Assembly: GCF_037042905.1 (NCBI RefSeq)
Contig: NC_087245.1
Coordinates: forward strand, 37,574,001-37,638,000
Origin: Lytechinus pictus
Taxonomy: Eukaryota
Length of the DNA: 64,000 nt
Direction: 5' to 3'
Of this stretch, positions 1-13,205 are shown piece by piece. The notes under the pieces are model-generated. The model was not told the DNA's origin. It worked only from the letters and a program-made list of their open reading frames with translations, and ran no database searches. How positions within the stretch are numbered: position 1 is the stretch's first letter; each line of letters begins with the position of its first letter. The translations under genes were made by a program, and so were the position numbers.

Positions 1-2281
1 GCATGCACCTTTATTTCTGTTAAACATGATCCTTTTTTTCATTCTCATCTCACCTACCAGTTGGTAAATCATGAGATTGTCCAAAATATCATCAGTTTAA
101 TCCTTGGCTTGTTTGATAGAACTTTATTTTTTTTGTTCATAGCCTATTCTTCAGAAGTTTCATTTAGTTATTAATAAGTGACCCTTACTTTCCTTTAATA
201 AGCACATTACATAGGCGGATCCAGGTGGGGGCCCAAGGGGCCCGGCCCCCCCCCCCCCCCCCCCAATTGGCGGAGCAAAAAAGGAATAAAAAGGGAAAGA
301 AAGAAAAAAGGAAGGAAAAGAAAAGAGAAAAAAAAAGAGGAGGAAGACGAGTGAATAAAATAAGATGAGAGGAAGACTTGGACAAAAATATTTCATGTCA
401 CTATATAAAATTTTCGCTCGCGCTTCGCGCTCGCAACATGGAGCTTAAATATAAAGTTTGGAAGTCAATATACAAAACATATTTCTCCTCGGAAATCGAA
501 CTTTCATTAATATGTTTGATTTCCAAATTGATTTTTTTAAAGTGCTCTGTAAAAATGTCAGTTTTATGGTCTGAATATTAACATTTTCCGCTCGTGCCGC
601 GCGCTCGCGAATTTTTATTTATCAGGTACCTATTATTTTCATGTATTCCATAAAGTTTTCAAAATATCCCTTTTCAGGTCTGATTGTCAAAACGTATCAG
701 CTAGCGCTGCCATGCTTGCATTTTGATTGGCGGGTTATGTATTTCTCAAATTTGATTATATAACAAACTACTTAAAATCCCATTTTCATGACAGTAATTT
801 ATCAAAAATTTCGGCTCGCGATTTGCGCTCGCATTAATGGTTAAAAAATATCAACTGATTACTGATGCATCCTATTCATAATAAAAAGTGCTTGAAATGT
901 ACAGTGTTCAGGCCATAATATCATCAGATTCCGCGCCCTTATTATGCATTAATAAATAAGATATCAATTTAATAATTAAATTGTCCCTTTTGTTTAATCT
1001 CGCGCTTAGCAAGATGAATAGGAAGATATGATATAGTCATCATATTCATATGATAACATGTCCTAAGGATGTCACGGTCCTATATGTCTCAAACTCAAAG
1101 TAATAATGAAAAATATCAGCTCTTTATCAAGTGCGATTTAAATCCACCTTACAATTTTCCTACAAAGTGTTTGAAATATAAAGCTGCAATTGACCCCTAT
1201 TTTCAGATCGGAATATAAAATATTTCAAGCTCCCGCTTCGCGCTCGCATTATTTGATTGTTGAAATATGTAACATCTTCATGGCTAAGTGCAAGCAGTCC
1301 TTAAAAGGCACTTTTCGATCAGTTTAAAACGTTTACAACATTTTATGCTCGCGCTTTGCTCTCGCATTATTAATGTAGGAAGATCCCCTCTTACTCATCC
1401 TATTCATGTTTTACAAAACATGAATAGAGTGTCCCGTTCTATAGGTCTAAAACTAGAATTTTTCCGCTCGCGCTTCACGCTCGCATCAATTGTTTAGTTA
1501 TATAGCTATCCTGTTCATGACTACAAAAATTGATAAAAGTTTTCCATTCTTTATGTATATAGAAATGTCAAAAATTTTCAGTTCGCGCTTCGCGCTCGCA
1601 TCATTTGATAGTTGAAATATTAATTCATGGCTAAGTGCAAGCAGTCCTTAAAAGGCACTTTTCGATCAGTTCAAAACGTAGACAAACATTTTCTGCTCTC
1701 GCTTTGCATTCGCATTATTAATGAAGGACAGTGGCGTAGCTAGGATTTTTTCCTGGGGGGCAATGGGGGGTCCTTGCTTTTTCAGGGGGGGCACCATTTT
1801 TTCCGGTGTGTGTGTATGTGTCACAAGGGCGGATCCGACTTTCGCCAATAGGGGACGGGGCCCGAAATTATCTTCACCTATGTTTTCCCCGATCAGTCAC
1901 TTCTCAGTTTTATTCTTATAAAACAACATAAACATGAAATAATCGGTTACAGCCCGATAGACCGCGGGTCCGATAGTCCGCGGGTCCGATAGACCGCGGG
2001 TCCGATAGACCGCGGGTCCGATAGACCGCGGGTCCGATAGTCCGCGGGTCCGATAGTCCGCGGTGTGTGTAAAATTATGATCAGGATATAGTGAGATCCG
2101 AATCATCCGATGTCATCAAGAGGTCAAAAGGCCAATGATACGAGTCCATGGGGTTCTATAACGATGACCCAAAGGACAATCGCCCCCTGACATGTACTTC
2201 AAGGAAAATATTATCCCCATATTTTTATCGTCAGGGACTGTTACCCCCCCCCCCCCCGGAAATTTACCCTCTAGACGCCAT

Positions 2282-2974
2282 ACGGAGCCTCTAAAATGCC
2301 ATCGACTTGACGACATGGCGAGATACTTTATCTTGCCTTGTCGACTAAATAAGCTTATTATGTCCGCATGGCGCGATACGTTATCCTGCCAAGTCAGCCC
2401 ACTTATAAAAAGTTATATGTCAACATGGCGAGATATTTTATCTTGCAAAGTCGACTTAAATAAGTTACATGTCAACATGGCGATATATCGGGATTCTCGC
2501 CGGGACTTGTACACTTCATATCTCGCCATGTCGACATATCGACTTGACAAGATAGAATATATTGCTATGTCGAAATAAATTAGGCGGTGGAAGCGGGGGG
2601 GGGGGGACCTTTCCCCCCTAAATTTGAGGTGGGGGACGGTCCCCCCTAGATTTTTAGTTGAGAACCTTTTTTTTTGCTCGTCAATTTGTTTTCTACGCCC
2701 CCCTAAATTGAGATGGACCCCCCTAAAATCTTTTTGCCCCCCCCCCCCATAATTTTGGTTGATAACCTTTTTTTTCTTGTCAAAAAATGTTGGTGGTCAC
2801 TCCTATAAATTTTGGTTGATTTGCTTGTCAAATTTTTTACCTGTGTCCATCCCAAAATTTCAGGTGGACCCCCCTAATTTTTTTTTGCCTTCCGCCGCCA
2901 ATGATTAATTAAGACATGGCAAGATAAAGTACCACGCCATGTCGTCACGTTGATGGCATTTTCAAGGCTCCGTT
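2282..2974. mobile_element. Internal MITE with CATGGCGA/TCGCCATG subrepeats, itself interrupted by a G/C-run element at about 2578..2904
   Basis: ACGGAGCCTCTAAAATGCCATC vs GATGGCATTTTCAAGGCTCCGT inverted ends. Confidence 0.6.
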
Positions 2975-3426
2975 CTAGGGGTAATTATCCGGGGTAATTG
3001 TCTGGAGGGTAAATTTCCGGGGGGGGGTAACAGTCCCCGGCGGTTAAATATGGGGATAATATTTTCCTTGAAGTAGTTGTCAGGGGTGATTGCCCTAATT
3101 GGGTTATTGTTATAGAACCCAGGCGCGGATCCAGGATTTCGTGGGGAGGGAGGGGGGGGGGAATTTGACCTGATTTTTGGCGCCCATGTGTACTTTTCGA
3201 AAAATGGCGCCCACTCCCTCCCGGCCAGGCTAACTTAAGTGCCTTAAATGGATTTTGAATTATCTTATAATCACATTTAAAAAAAAGACCACTTTTTCAT
3301 GTGTTCTTGAAAAAAAAAATCCATGAATATATAATGTAATATCAATGGGAGCGCGAAGCACGAGCGATTTTTTTTTGGGGGGAGGTTCAATTTTTTTTTT
3401 TTCAATTTGTTTCCCCTCCACAGGGA

Positions 3427-4620
3427 TTTTATTATTATTCAAAACATAACAAGATATATTTTCAATGACAAATCAAATTAATAACAACGAAATACAATAC
3501 AACAGTAATTGTAACAAATATATAAATTGAACTGTCAGGTTTACATAATAGTAAATAATTTAAGGAACAAGCAAGGAGTAAATGAACAATAATATTCATA
3601 TGTATCATTGTACATGGAAAGGGAACTGAACAGATCACTTCATGTAAACATGGCACGTTATTGGAACCATTTCTTTGTAAACTTTACCATTTTACAATTT
3701 GACTCTGCGATATATTTTTCATTCTTGAAATAACTCTGAAGTGCAAATTTGATATTATTAAAAACAGGTAATTGATGTTTTACTCTGGAAGTATAGATCA
3801 TCTGTCGTATCACTATCAATAAACAATTTAATGCATAATTACTTGAACCTCTTAAACCAAATAATTTTTCTTTATTAGAGAAAAAAATTCTATTTCCAGT
3901 TTTAAGAAATATCCATTGTTCAAACCTGTCCCATATATGTTTAATACATGTACATTCACAAAGTAGATGAGTAACCGTTTCACGGTGTACATTACAAAAA
4001 GTACATTCTTTTTGTTGAGCTAAATTAATTTTAAACAATATTTCATTTGTATATAAAATATGTTGCATTATTTTTAACTGAAACCAACGTAAATTCACAT
4101 CGGTAGTACAACTGAATCCAATAGAGCAATACGATTGCCATTGCTTGTCATTCATATCGAATATACACTTCCACTTAAGAAAACTTTTACATTCCACTTT
4201 TCTTTTCTTTTTAAGAATCGTATAGATGTGTGAACAACCTTTATTATATTTCATAACAAGTGCTATTGTATCAGGGATAATAGGTTCTTGGAACTTGCTA
4301 AAGTGTGTGCCATTGCTAAAACCGTCTCTTATAGCATCACATAATCCACAGTAAAAAAGAAAATTTATTTGAACATTGTATTTTTCCTTAAGGTCATTCA
4401 AAGAGAGGAAATTGCCATGTACATCTAAAATATCATTAACAAAACGAACACCCCTATTATTTAGAGATCTACTGTGAATTGAGCTATTACCTATTTTAAT
4501 AAAATCATTGTTCCATAAGGGTTGGCAAGGTATATCATTACAGTGCATAGATAACAGTGTGCTATACGCTAAGAACATTTCTTTCCAAAAAGGATTTTTA
4601 ATTTCGTGGTTCAATTTGGT
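3427..4620 (-). mobile_element. 5'-truncated non-LTR retrotransposon (L1/Tx1-like), ORF2 C-terminus plus 3' UTR
   Basis: ORF 3658..4614 has PLWNN, LRWFQLKIMQHILYTN and the CCHC zinc knuckle CTFC...ETVTHLLCEC typical of the L1/Tx1 ORF2 tail. A-rich 3' end near 3427. Confidence 0.85.
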
Positions 4621-5000
4621 TTAACTTCTAATCAGAGTATAGGCCCTACTGGAATATTGTGTGAACGGGAGCTGTAGTTTCTGTACTGTTGTTTAGAATA
4701 CCCTTCAATAATATTAATGATAACCTCTTGGGAATAATGCAATCTCGAAGCAATCGACTAATTCTCCTCATCAGTGGCGTATTTATTCAGCATGGGTGCA
4801 CGGGGGGGGGGGAGGCGACGGCACCAAGTTAAACAAAAATAAATGAAGTGGGAGGGGGTAGACGTTAAAGAAAATCTGAGATTTCATTCTTAAAAACACA
4901 TTGAGGTATCTCACAAGGCCTAAATAAAAAATGAGAACGCGAAGCGCGATCTGATTTTTTTAAATAGATTTTTCATGTATTATATCCTGAAAGCCTAAGT

Positions 5001-5840
5001 CAGGGGCGGACCCAGCTTCCGCCAGTAGGGGGAGGGACCATTTTGTCACCCATATTTTCCCCGATCGGCCGCTCAAAGTTGATCCCAGTGGCCTAGTCGA
5101 AAAGGGACCTGTTAAGGATGTTTTGCAGTTAGCCATTAAGACGATTCATATTTCAACGATTAAATAATGCGAGCGCGAAGCGCGAGCTGAACATTTTTTA
5201 TATTCCTACCTAAAAAGATGAGATTTCAAATCCCCCAATGGGACATTCGATTCATGTTTGTCAATCATGAAAAAGCATGGGTAATTTTTGGTATCTTCCT
5301 ACAATAATAATGCGAGCGCAAAGCGCGAGCAGAACATTTTTGATATTCTGATCCGAAACTGGATAATTTAATATGATCAAGCTTTGTATCTCAAAAAACA
5401 TGCGTGCGCGTGTTTTAGAATTAGACAGAATCCTGGCAATCTGAATACATTTCATTTTTCATCATAAAAATCAATAATGCGAGCGCAGAGCCCGAGCTGA
5501 AAATAATATTTGAAATTCCGATATGAAAAGGGTCAATTTAAGCACTGTTTACAGCACTGTGTATATAGGGAAATTTGATAGCACTATATGAATAGTGCGA
5601 GCGCGAAGCGCGAGCTGATATTTTATTATTATTTTGACCTAGGATCGAGACATTTTAGGCCTAAGGACATTTTGTCATCATATAAGAATGATGACTATCT
5701 TCTATTTCTTTTCCTAAAACTTGTCGATATTTATTTCTGAAAATATTTCGTTCCCCCTTTTTTTCTTTCCCCGTTTTTCCCAATTTATTTGCTCTGTCAA
5801 TAGGGGGAGGTTGGCTTCGGGCCGCCTGGATCCGCCTATG
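5001..5840 (-). mobile_element. Second, shorter family-A element in opposite orientation
   Basis: CAGGGGCGGACCCAG ... CTGGATCCGCCTATG ends with GCGAGCGCGAAGCGCGAGC subrepeats. Confidence 0.6.
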
Positions 5841-6769
5841 ATAGTAGTTGTTATGATGAACACGATGCATATCTATATTATGAAATGAATGCGACCGCGA
5901 AGCGCTAGCTGAAAACTTTTATAATGATGAAATGAAAAATATATTTCAGTTGTCAGGTTAAAATATCAAATATTTTCAGCTTGTGCTTCTCGTTCGCATA
6001 AAAAACTGTAAGGTCGGGATGCGTATATAACTAAACAATATATTGATGCCAGCGCGAAGCGCGAGCTCAATTTTTTTTATATACTGACTTAAGAAGGACT
6101 AAGGTATATTTCCTATTCTAATTGCTTGTCCTTTTTCTCTTCTTTTTTTTCTGTTTCTTACCCCTTTTTTGCGCCACCATGGGGGGGGGGGAGGGCAAAA
6201 TCTTTTCCCCCTGGATCGGCCTATGTATGTTGACTTGAAAAACACTAACACTTACATGTGGGATTGATTAATCAAATATTGCGAGCGCGTAGCGCGAGCT
6301 GAATTCGATAATAACCCTTTTATGTGACCCTGAACAGGGTATCTATCTCGCTAAACAGACTTAAAACTCGAAAACATTGTTTTTGTCTGTTATCGTAAAA
6401 ACGGGATATTTTAATTCAGCCGCATTAATTTAAGTTTTTTGGGCAGGACATATATTTCACTATAAACATGCAATACGAGCAATGTTGCGCCCCCGGTCGA
6501 AAATGAATTTGCATGAAGCCCCCTAAGTTCAAGGTCAATTTGGCGCCCTCGGTTGAACATAAACTTGGCGCCCCCGTGTAAAATATAACTTTGCCCTCCC
6601 TCCCCCTCTCTGAAACATGTATTTGTCGCATTATGGTCAAAATTCTAATTAGCGCTCCCCTAGATTGAACATCAATTTGGCGCCCCCCTCCCAGTTCAAA
6701 CATCAGTTCGGCGCCCCATATAGTTCGAACGTCATTTTGGCGCCATCAAATCGACGTCCAGGTCAACAT

Positions 6770-7628
6770 CTCCCTCTTCCGTTTCCCATCTCCTTTTCTT
6801 TCTTTTTTTTCTTTCTCTTATCCTCATTCCCATTTCTTCCTTCTCTTTCTTTCTCTCTTTCTTTCCCCCTCTTCCTCTCCCCTTTTCTTCTTCTCTTCTT
6901 TTCCTCCTCTCTCTCTCTCTTTTTCTTCTCTTTGTATTCCCCTTTTCTTCTCTCATTTCTAGTCTTCCTTTCCCCCTTTTCTTCTCTTTTTTCTGTCTTT
7001 TCTTTCCCTCTTTTCCTCTCTCTTTTCTCGTTTTTCTTCTCTTCCTCCCCCCTTACTCTCTCTTTTTTTCTTCTCTTTTCCCATCTTCCTCTCTCTTTGA
7101 ATATTATTCTCTTCCTTCCTCTTTTTTCTTCTTCTTTCCCCCCTTTTCCTTACTCCGTTCTTTCTTTTCCCTCTTCCACTTTTTTTCTCTTTCCCCCTTT
7201 ACTTCTCCCTTTTTCTTTTTCTTTTCTTTCCCCCTTTTTTTCTTTTAATCTTTTTTTTTTCTTCTCTCCCTCCTTCCTCTCTCTCTCTCCCTCTTTTCTC
7301 TTCTTTTCCCCTCTTCCTCTCTCTCTTTTTTCTTATCATTCTTCCCATCTTCCTCTATTTAAATATTCTTCTCTTCATTCCTCTTTTTTTCTTCTTCTTT
7401 TTCCTCCTTTTCCTTTCTCCTTTCTTTTCTTCTCTTCCTTTTCCCTCCTCTCTTTTTTTCTCTTCTTTCCCCTTTTCTTCTCCCATTTTCTTGTCTTTCC
7501 TTTCCCCTTTTCTTCTCTTTTTCTTCTTCTCTTCCTTTCTCCTTCTTACTCTCTTTTCTATTCTGTTCTTTTCCCATCTTGCTCTTTCTTTTTTTATTCT
7601 CTCCTTTTCCCCTCCCCCCCTCTTTTTT
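6770..7628. repeat. Low-complexity polypyrimidine (C/T) tract, about 860 bp
   Basis: Almost exclusively C and T; produces the spurious F/S/L-rich and K/E/R-rich ORFs. Confidence 0.95.
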
Positions 7629-8681
7629 GAGCTGGGGGTGGGGGGGTGAGGCAGTTCCCCCTCGGCCCCCTTCCATGGATCCGCACCTGATAGAACCCCA
7701 TGGCCTCGTATCATTTGACCTTTGGACCTCTCGATGACATTTGATATATCTGATCATAATTTTACACACACTGCGGACTATCGGACCCGCGGTCTATCGG
7801 ACCCGCGGACTATCGGACCCGCGGTCTATCGGACCCGCGGTCTATCGGACCCGCGGTCTATCGGGATGTCCCCAAATAATCTCATAAGCCTTATAAAAAG
7901 TGCGAGCGATTTTTTTTTATAATTTTGTCCTGAAAATTTGATATTCTGGGCAATGTTATGTGTGATCCTGAACAAGATTCCTATAACTAGATGGTTACTG
8001 CGAACGCCAAATTTATTAACCGTTCTAGCATTATCAAAAAGGGACCTGTTAATATTTCAATAATGCGAGCGCGAAGTGCGAGCAAATTTTTTTGACATTC
8101 CGACCTTAAAAAAAATGGTCATTCTAAACACTTTTTGTATTAATAAATGGGATAGGTATGTAACTAAACAATTGATGCGAGCGCGAAGCGCGAGAGGAAG
8201 AAAATTGATATTTTAGACCTAAAAGCGGGACACTCTATTCATATTTTGTAAATCATAAATAGGATATAGTTAATTGGGTATCATTAATAATGCGATCGTG
8301 AAGCGTGAGCAGACAATTATTTATATTTTGATGTGAAACTGGATAATTTAAGTACATTTTAAATAAAGAACATGCAGGCTATCGCGCATGTTTTACATTT
8401 AGACCTAGAATCTGGGCATTCTGAATACATTTGTTTAATGGAACATTATGGAATACACGTAGCCGGGACACGTAGACAATATGAACTTGGCAAATCAAAC
8501 AATGTGACCACGCAGCGTGAGCTTAAAATGCTGATATGTAGACCATAAAACGGACATTTTACAGAGCACTGAAATTTGTAAATGAAAAAAAATAATGAAA
8601 GCTCGTTGTCCGAGCTAAAATATGTTTTGTATATTGACTTCAAAACTTGCTCCATATCAGCCTATTGAGCAAGATATGAAT

Positions 8682-10296
8682 CTTTTCATTTTACATATTA
8701 ATGATCTACCTTTAGTTCTTAGAAATTGCAAAATAAGTATGTATGCAGATGACACTATTTTATATTATGCAAGTAACAACTACTCTGATCTAGAAAACAA
8801 AATCAATGAAGATTTGCAAAATGTGAAACGATGATGGCTTGATCACAATAAGCTTAGTTTGAATATAAAAAAAACTGAATATATTGTCCTAGGAACTAGA
8901 AATCGACTGAAACTATTCAAAGATGAATCGCTAAATATTCACATTGATGGAACCCCCCTAACAAGAGTTACCCAGTGTAAACATTTAGGAGTAATTTTAG
9001 ATGAAAATCTGTCATGGGGAAAACACATTCAAAATGTGCAGAAGAAATGTAGTAGCGGTTTGTTTATGCTAAAATCGATACGAAGTATGGTTGACAAGGA
9101 TACAATGATTCTAGTCTATAACGCCCTGATTTCATCTCATTTGTCATATTGTGATATAGTATGGGGAAATTGCGGCAAATGTTTAAAAGATAACCTCCAA
9201 AAGATTCAAAATCGGGCAGCTCGCGTTATCAATAATACCGCCTGGGATTCATCCGGAAACGAAAATCTAAATGAACTAAATTGGGATACACTTGAAAAGA
9301 AAAGGAATGAAAGTGTTGCAATAATGATGTTTAACATACTCAATAACTTAGCCCCTTCATATCTAATCAATAGATTTTCCCTTAAAGAAAGATCACATAA
9401 CACAAGAAGTGGGAATCTCAATTTGGAAATAATGCAAATGAAGTCTGAATCTGCAAAGCGCATGTTTATGTACAGAGGCGCCAGTATGTGGAACTCATTA
9501 CCCACTAATATTCAAGCGGCACAAACGAAACACAATTTCAAAACAGGTCTAAAGAGATTATCTGTGTGATATGGATCACAATGACTATTTTTCTGTTTAA
9601 TTTTCTGTCCCCAGTACATGTATTATTTTCCAACCATTTCATATGTTTTGCTTTTATATGGCATGAGTATTAACTATATAAGTTTTATAATTAATTTCAG
9701 TGCATGTTTAGTTATGTTTAGTTATCATAAATTTTCCAGACATTTTTGTATGTTTAGTTTTTATCATTGATAAATCATGACTTGTATTCATTTTCTTGTA
9801 CTTGTTTGTCCATTATAGAAACATGTATTTACTTTGACATTTTACTTTACCATGTACACATTTAATATTACCATGTATGCACCGCTTTGTTCCAATTTAC
9901 CGATAGATATTTCATGTTGTAAATTATTGATGTTTTTGAAAACGGTATATAATTTCTTCGTCTTTTTCTTACTATCATTATTATTCTTTTTCTTCTTCTT
10001 CTTTTCTTCTTCTGTTATCTTCTCTGTTGTCTTTTCTCTTTTTCGTCTCCCTCTCACTTTTCCCTTCTTCTTCTTCCTTTTTTTTTCTTCTCCTCCCCTC
10101 CTCTTCACGTTTCAATGATTGTCTTGTAATATTTCATTGATGCTCCTTTTCCATATATATTGTTCGTTATACACTGATTTTAAAATGTTTACTTTGTCAA
10201 TTGTATGTTCCACACGGCCCCAATGGAAATCAGTCTGTGAACTGTTTGGGCTTTTTAACCGTGTATAAATAAAATAAATCTTATCTTATCTTATCT
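8682..10296 (+). mobile_element. 5'-truncated CR1/L2-group LINE (RT C-terminus, 3' UTR, (TCTTA)n tail)
   Basis: HINDLP...ISMYADDT RT motif, then an in-frame TGA at 8832..8834, then NKLSLNIKKTEY...KHLGVILDENLSW...YCDIVWG...LQKIQNRAAR...GASMWNSLP. Tail aataaatcttatcttatcttatct. Confidence 0.92.
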
Positions 10297-12142
10297 CATC
10301 GAACAGGCAATTCTGGCGCGAAGCGCAAGCAAAATTTTATATAGTAACATGAAGGATTTTTTTTTCCAAGTCTTCCCCTCACATTATTTCATTCACTCGT
10401 CTTCCTCCTCTTATTTTCCTCTTCTTTTTTTTCTTCTGTCTTTCTTCTTCTTTTCCTTTTTTCTTTTCTTCTTTCTCACTTTTTTTTTGGCTCTGCCATT
10501 TTTTTTCAGGGGGGCACCTGGGGGGCACGTGCCCCCCAGGCCCCCCCCCCCCCCGTAGCTACGCCACTGATGAAGGAAGATCCCCTCTTACTCATCCTTT
10601 TCATGATTTACAAAACATGAATAGAGTGTCCCGTTTTAGGTTTAAAACTAGAATTTTTCCGCTTGCGCTTTGCGCTCGCATTATTTAATTGTTGAAATAT
10701 TGAACATCTTCATGCTGGCTAAGTGCAAGCAGTCCTTAAAAGGCACTTTTCGATCAGTTCAAAACGTATACAAACTTTTTCTGCTCTCGCTTTGCGCTCG
10801 CATTATTATTGAAGGAAGATCCCCTCTTACTCATCCTTTTCATGTTTTACAAAACATGAATAGAGTGTCCCGTTCTATAGGTCTAAAACTAGAATTTTCC
10901 GCTCGCGCTTCGCACTCGCATCAATTGTTTAGTTATATAGCTATCCTGCTCATGATTACAAAAATTGATTAAAGTTTTCCATTCTTTATGTAGAAATGTC
11001 AAAATTTGTCAGTTCGCCCTTCGCGCTCGCATTTTGATTGTTGAAATATGTAACGTCTTCATGGCTAACTGCAAGCAGTCTTTAACAGGTAGGCTTACCT
11101 TTCCGATCAGTTCAAAACGTGTATCAAAAATTTCTGCTCGCGCTTCGCGTTCGTAGTAATTATTGCAGGCACATCTTTTTTTTTCAGAATGTTCAAAGTT
11201 TAGGAAAAAATACATACAATTTAAAAAAAATATTGCTCGCGCTTCGCGCTGGCATTATAAAATAAGGATTATGATATTATACATTTATGTTGAAAGAATA
11301 AAGCTAACAAGTTACTTATAGGACTACCCCCTTCAAAGAAACAAACAAAAGATCATCTTCGAGCGGCCGATCGGGGAAAATATGGCTGGAAAAAATTCAG
11401 CCCCCCCCCCCCTATTTGCGAAGGCTGGATGGCCGCCCCTGCATTATTTCAAACGTCTGAAAAGCGACAAGGTTCACTCACTGTGTCGCTCGCTCGCGGC
11501 AAATCTTAAGTCTATCCCATAATAAATTCCCCTGGGAGTCGTTTAGGACAGTGACTGAAAATTCGCTCGCTAGCTTCGCTCACTCAACTGAAGGCACGGT
11601 CAGCCTAAATGTAATTCTGAAGTTTAATGACAACAAGATAATTACAAAAAATGAACAGCATAAAAAAAAAAATATCGTGATGGATGATATAACATGATTA
11701 TGTCATGATGGGTGTCATATCAGTTTTGAATTTTCAGCTCTCTATATTGGTATCAACCCCCCCCCCCCTTCCACCACTGCTCTGACGAAATTTACACCTG
11801 ACCCTATCAAAGGCAAAGTTAGCCAGAAAATTTTTCAGTGTCAAACAATACTCATGACGAGGAAGAACTTCGGGGTGCTTTTTTTATGAAACTTGTCAGC
11901 ACTATACCACTCTATAACAGTCAGAAATTATTGCAATGGTTCTAATGATAAACGAATAATAATTATATCTTCACGGTATACCTGCATTTCACCGAAATTG
12001 TGCAGATATATGTAAACCCAAGCAGGAACTTTAAAAAAAATACAACTTTTACAAATAAGGGGGCCATGCAGACACACCATGTCGCGCACGTGGATTTGTT
12101 AAAATTGACCCAAAACTTTAAGAAATATAGACCTAATCACCC

Positions 12143-12783
12143 GGTTAAGTCCACCCCAGAAAAATGTTAATATGAATACTTCGATTATATCATTTTTTTA
12201 ACGGAAATAAATAAATCTAAATCTAAAATAGAGAAAAATAGAATAAGCACAACACTGAAAATTTCATCAAAATCGGATGTAAAATAAAAAAAAGTTATTA
12301 CATTTTTTAAGTTGCGCTTATTTTTCGCAAAAAAGTGCACTTATGCACAATTCAGTGACATTCGGATGAGACAGACGATGATGTCCCTCCCTCCATATTT
12401 CTTTTGTGTTTCTTTGTTTGAAATATACAATATTTCATTTTTTTCAGATTTGACAATAAGGACCAACTTGACTGAACCATATAGTATCAAGCAATGCTAA
12501 TTCCACATGTTCAGGGAGGAATTTTGTTTCACTTGACAGTTAGGACAACATTAGAATAATTCATATAATAAAATATACAAAAGAAAAATGATTGGGTGAC
12601 GTCATCAGTCTCCTCATTTGCATACCGTGCATATAACACCTGTTTTGTGAAATGAAGCGAAATTTTAAAATATTATCATTTTCTTATTTTACATCCGATT
12701 TTGATGAAATGTTCAGTGTTATGATTTTTGGATTTTTCTGTTTTTATTCAACATCAACTTTTTGTTGGGGTGGACTTGTCCTT
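12143..12783. mobile_element. TTAA-type (Kolobok-like) MITE copy
   Basis: AAGTCCACCCCA / TGGGGTGGACTT inverted ends; same family as 37819..38627. Confidence 0.7.
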
Positions 12784-12956
12784 CAGGAAGTATTTTGTCC
12801 CGTTTTTTTCTCCCTATAAATACTTTAATTTTCAAATATGCCCTCTCAGGTTGAAAAATAAATAAATAAATATAGTAAACAATTATAACTAATGCAAGGT
12901 TTGTTCCGGGGTTTGTTTAGCAATTTTAACCGTATGGGGATGTTAAACTGAGCCAA

Positions 12957-13205
12957 CTGGTGTATTGGCTCAGTTGGTAGAGCGTCCGTCTCACAACCGG
13001 GAGGTCGGGGGTTCAAACCCCGGCCGCGTTAGACCAAAAGACGTTAAAAGATGGGAGTTACTGCTACCCTGTTTGGCGTTCAACGATTAAAGGGACAGAG
13101 CCTCGATCGTCGATCTGGCGCTGCACAGCGGGTCCACGATCAATTGGGCAAAGCAAATTTTCGAAGTATTTCATTTCATTTCTATTTCGAACAATAAAAA
13201 AAATA
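12957..13205 (+). mobile_element. tRNA-derived SINE
   Basis: A box TGGCTCAGTTGG and B box GGTTCAAACC in a tRNA-like head; closely similar copy at 38908..39160. Confidence 0.85.

Larger units (their letters stand above)
3120..7689. mobile_element. hAT-like non-autonomous element (14-bp TIR, 8-bp TSD) inserted into the right arm of the foldback element
   Basis: TIR CAGGCGCGGATCCA / TGGATCCGCACCTG. TSD ATAGAACC at 3112..3119 and 7690..7697. Confidence 0.82.
1945..7873. mobile_element. Foldback/Mutator-like element with long TIRs containing 18-bp tandem repeats
   Basis: Left arm GGTTACAGCCCGA(TAGACCGCGGGTCCGA)n..., right arm is its reverse complement at 7690..7873. TSD AAATAATC at 1937..1944 and 7874..7881. 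Confidence 0.8.
1729..10569. mobile_element. hAT-like non-autonomous element (14-bp TIR, 8-bp TSD)
   Basis: TIR CAGTGGCGTAGCTA / TAGCTACGCCACTG. TSD ATGAAGGA at 1721..1728 and 10570..10577. Confidence 0.85.
210..11441 (+). mobile_element. Outer non-autonomous DNA-transposon-like element (family A) built of GCTCGCGCTTCGCGCTCGC-containing subrepeats, interrupted by nested insertions
   Basis: Ends CATAGGCGGATCCAG... and ...CTGGATGGCCGCCCCTG are imperfect inverted repeats. Internal subrepeats recur at 410-1720 and 10578-11380. No exact TSD seen. Confidence 0.6.

Noticed and set aside
1950..2065. Regular short repeats resembling a CRISPR array
   Set aside because: Head-to-tail 18-mers without unique spacers, part of transposon TIRs, eukaryotic context
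6665..7769. 321-aa F/S/L-rich ORF and antisense K/E/R-rich ORFs
   Set aside because: Stop-free by composition in a polypyrimidine tract inside a transposon
12957..13030. Functional tRNA genes here and at 13433, 38116, 38908 and 62540
   Set aside because: Acceptor stems do not pair properly and most heads continue into SINE bodies
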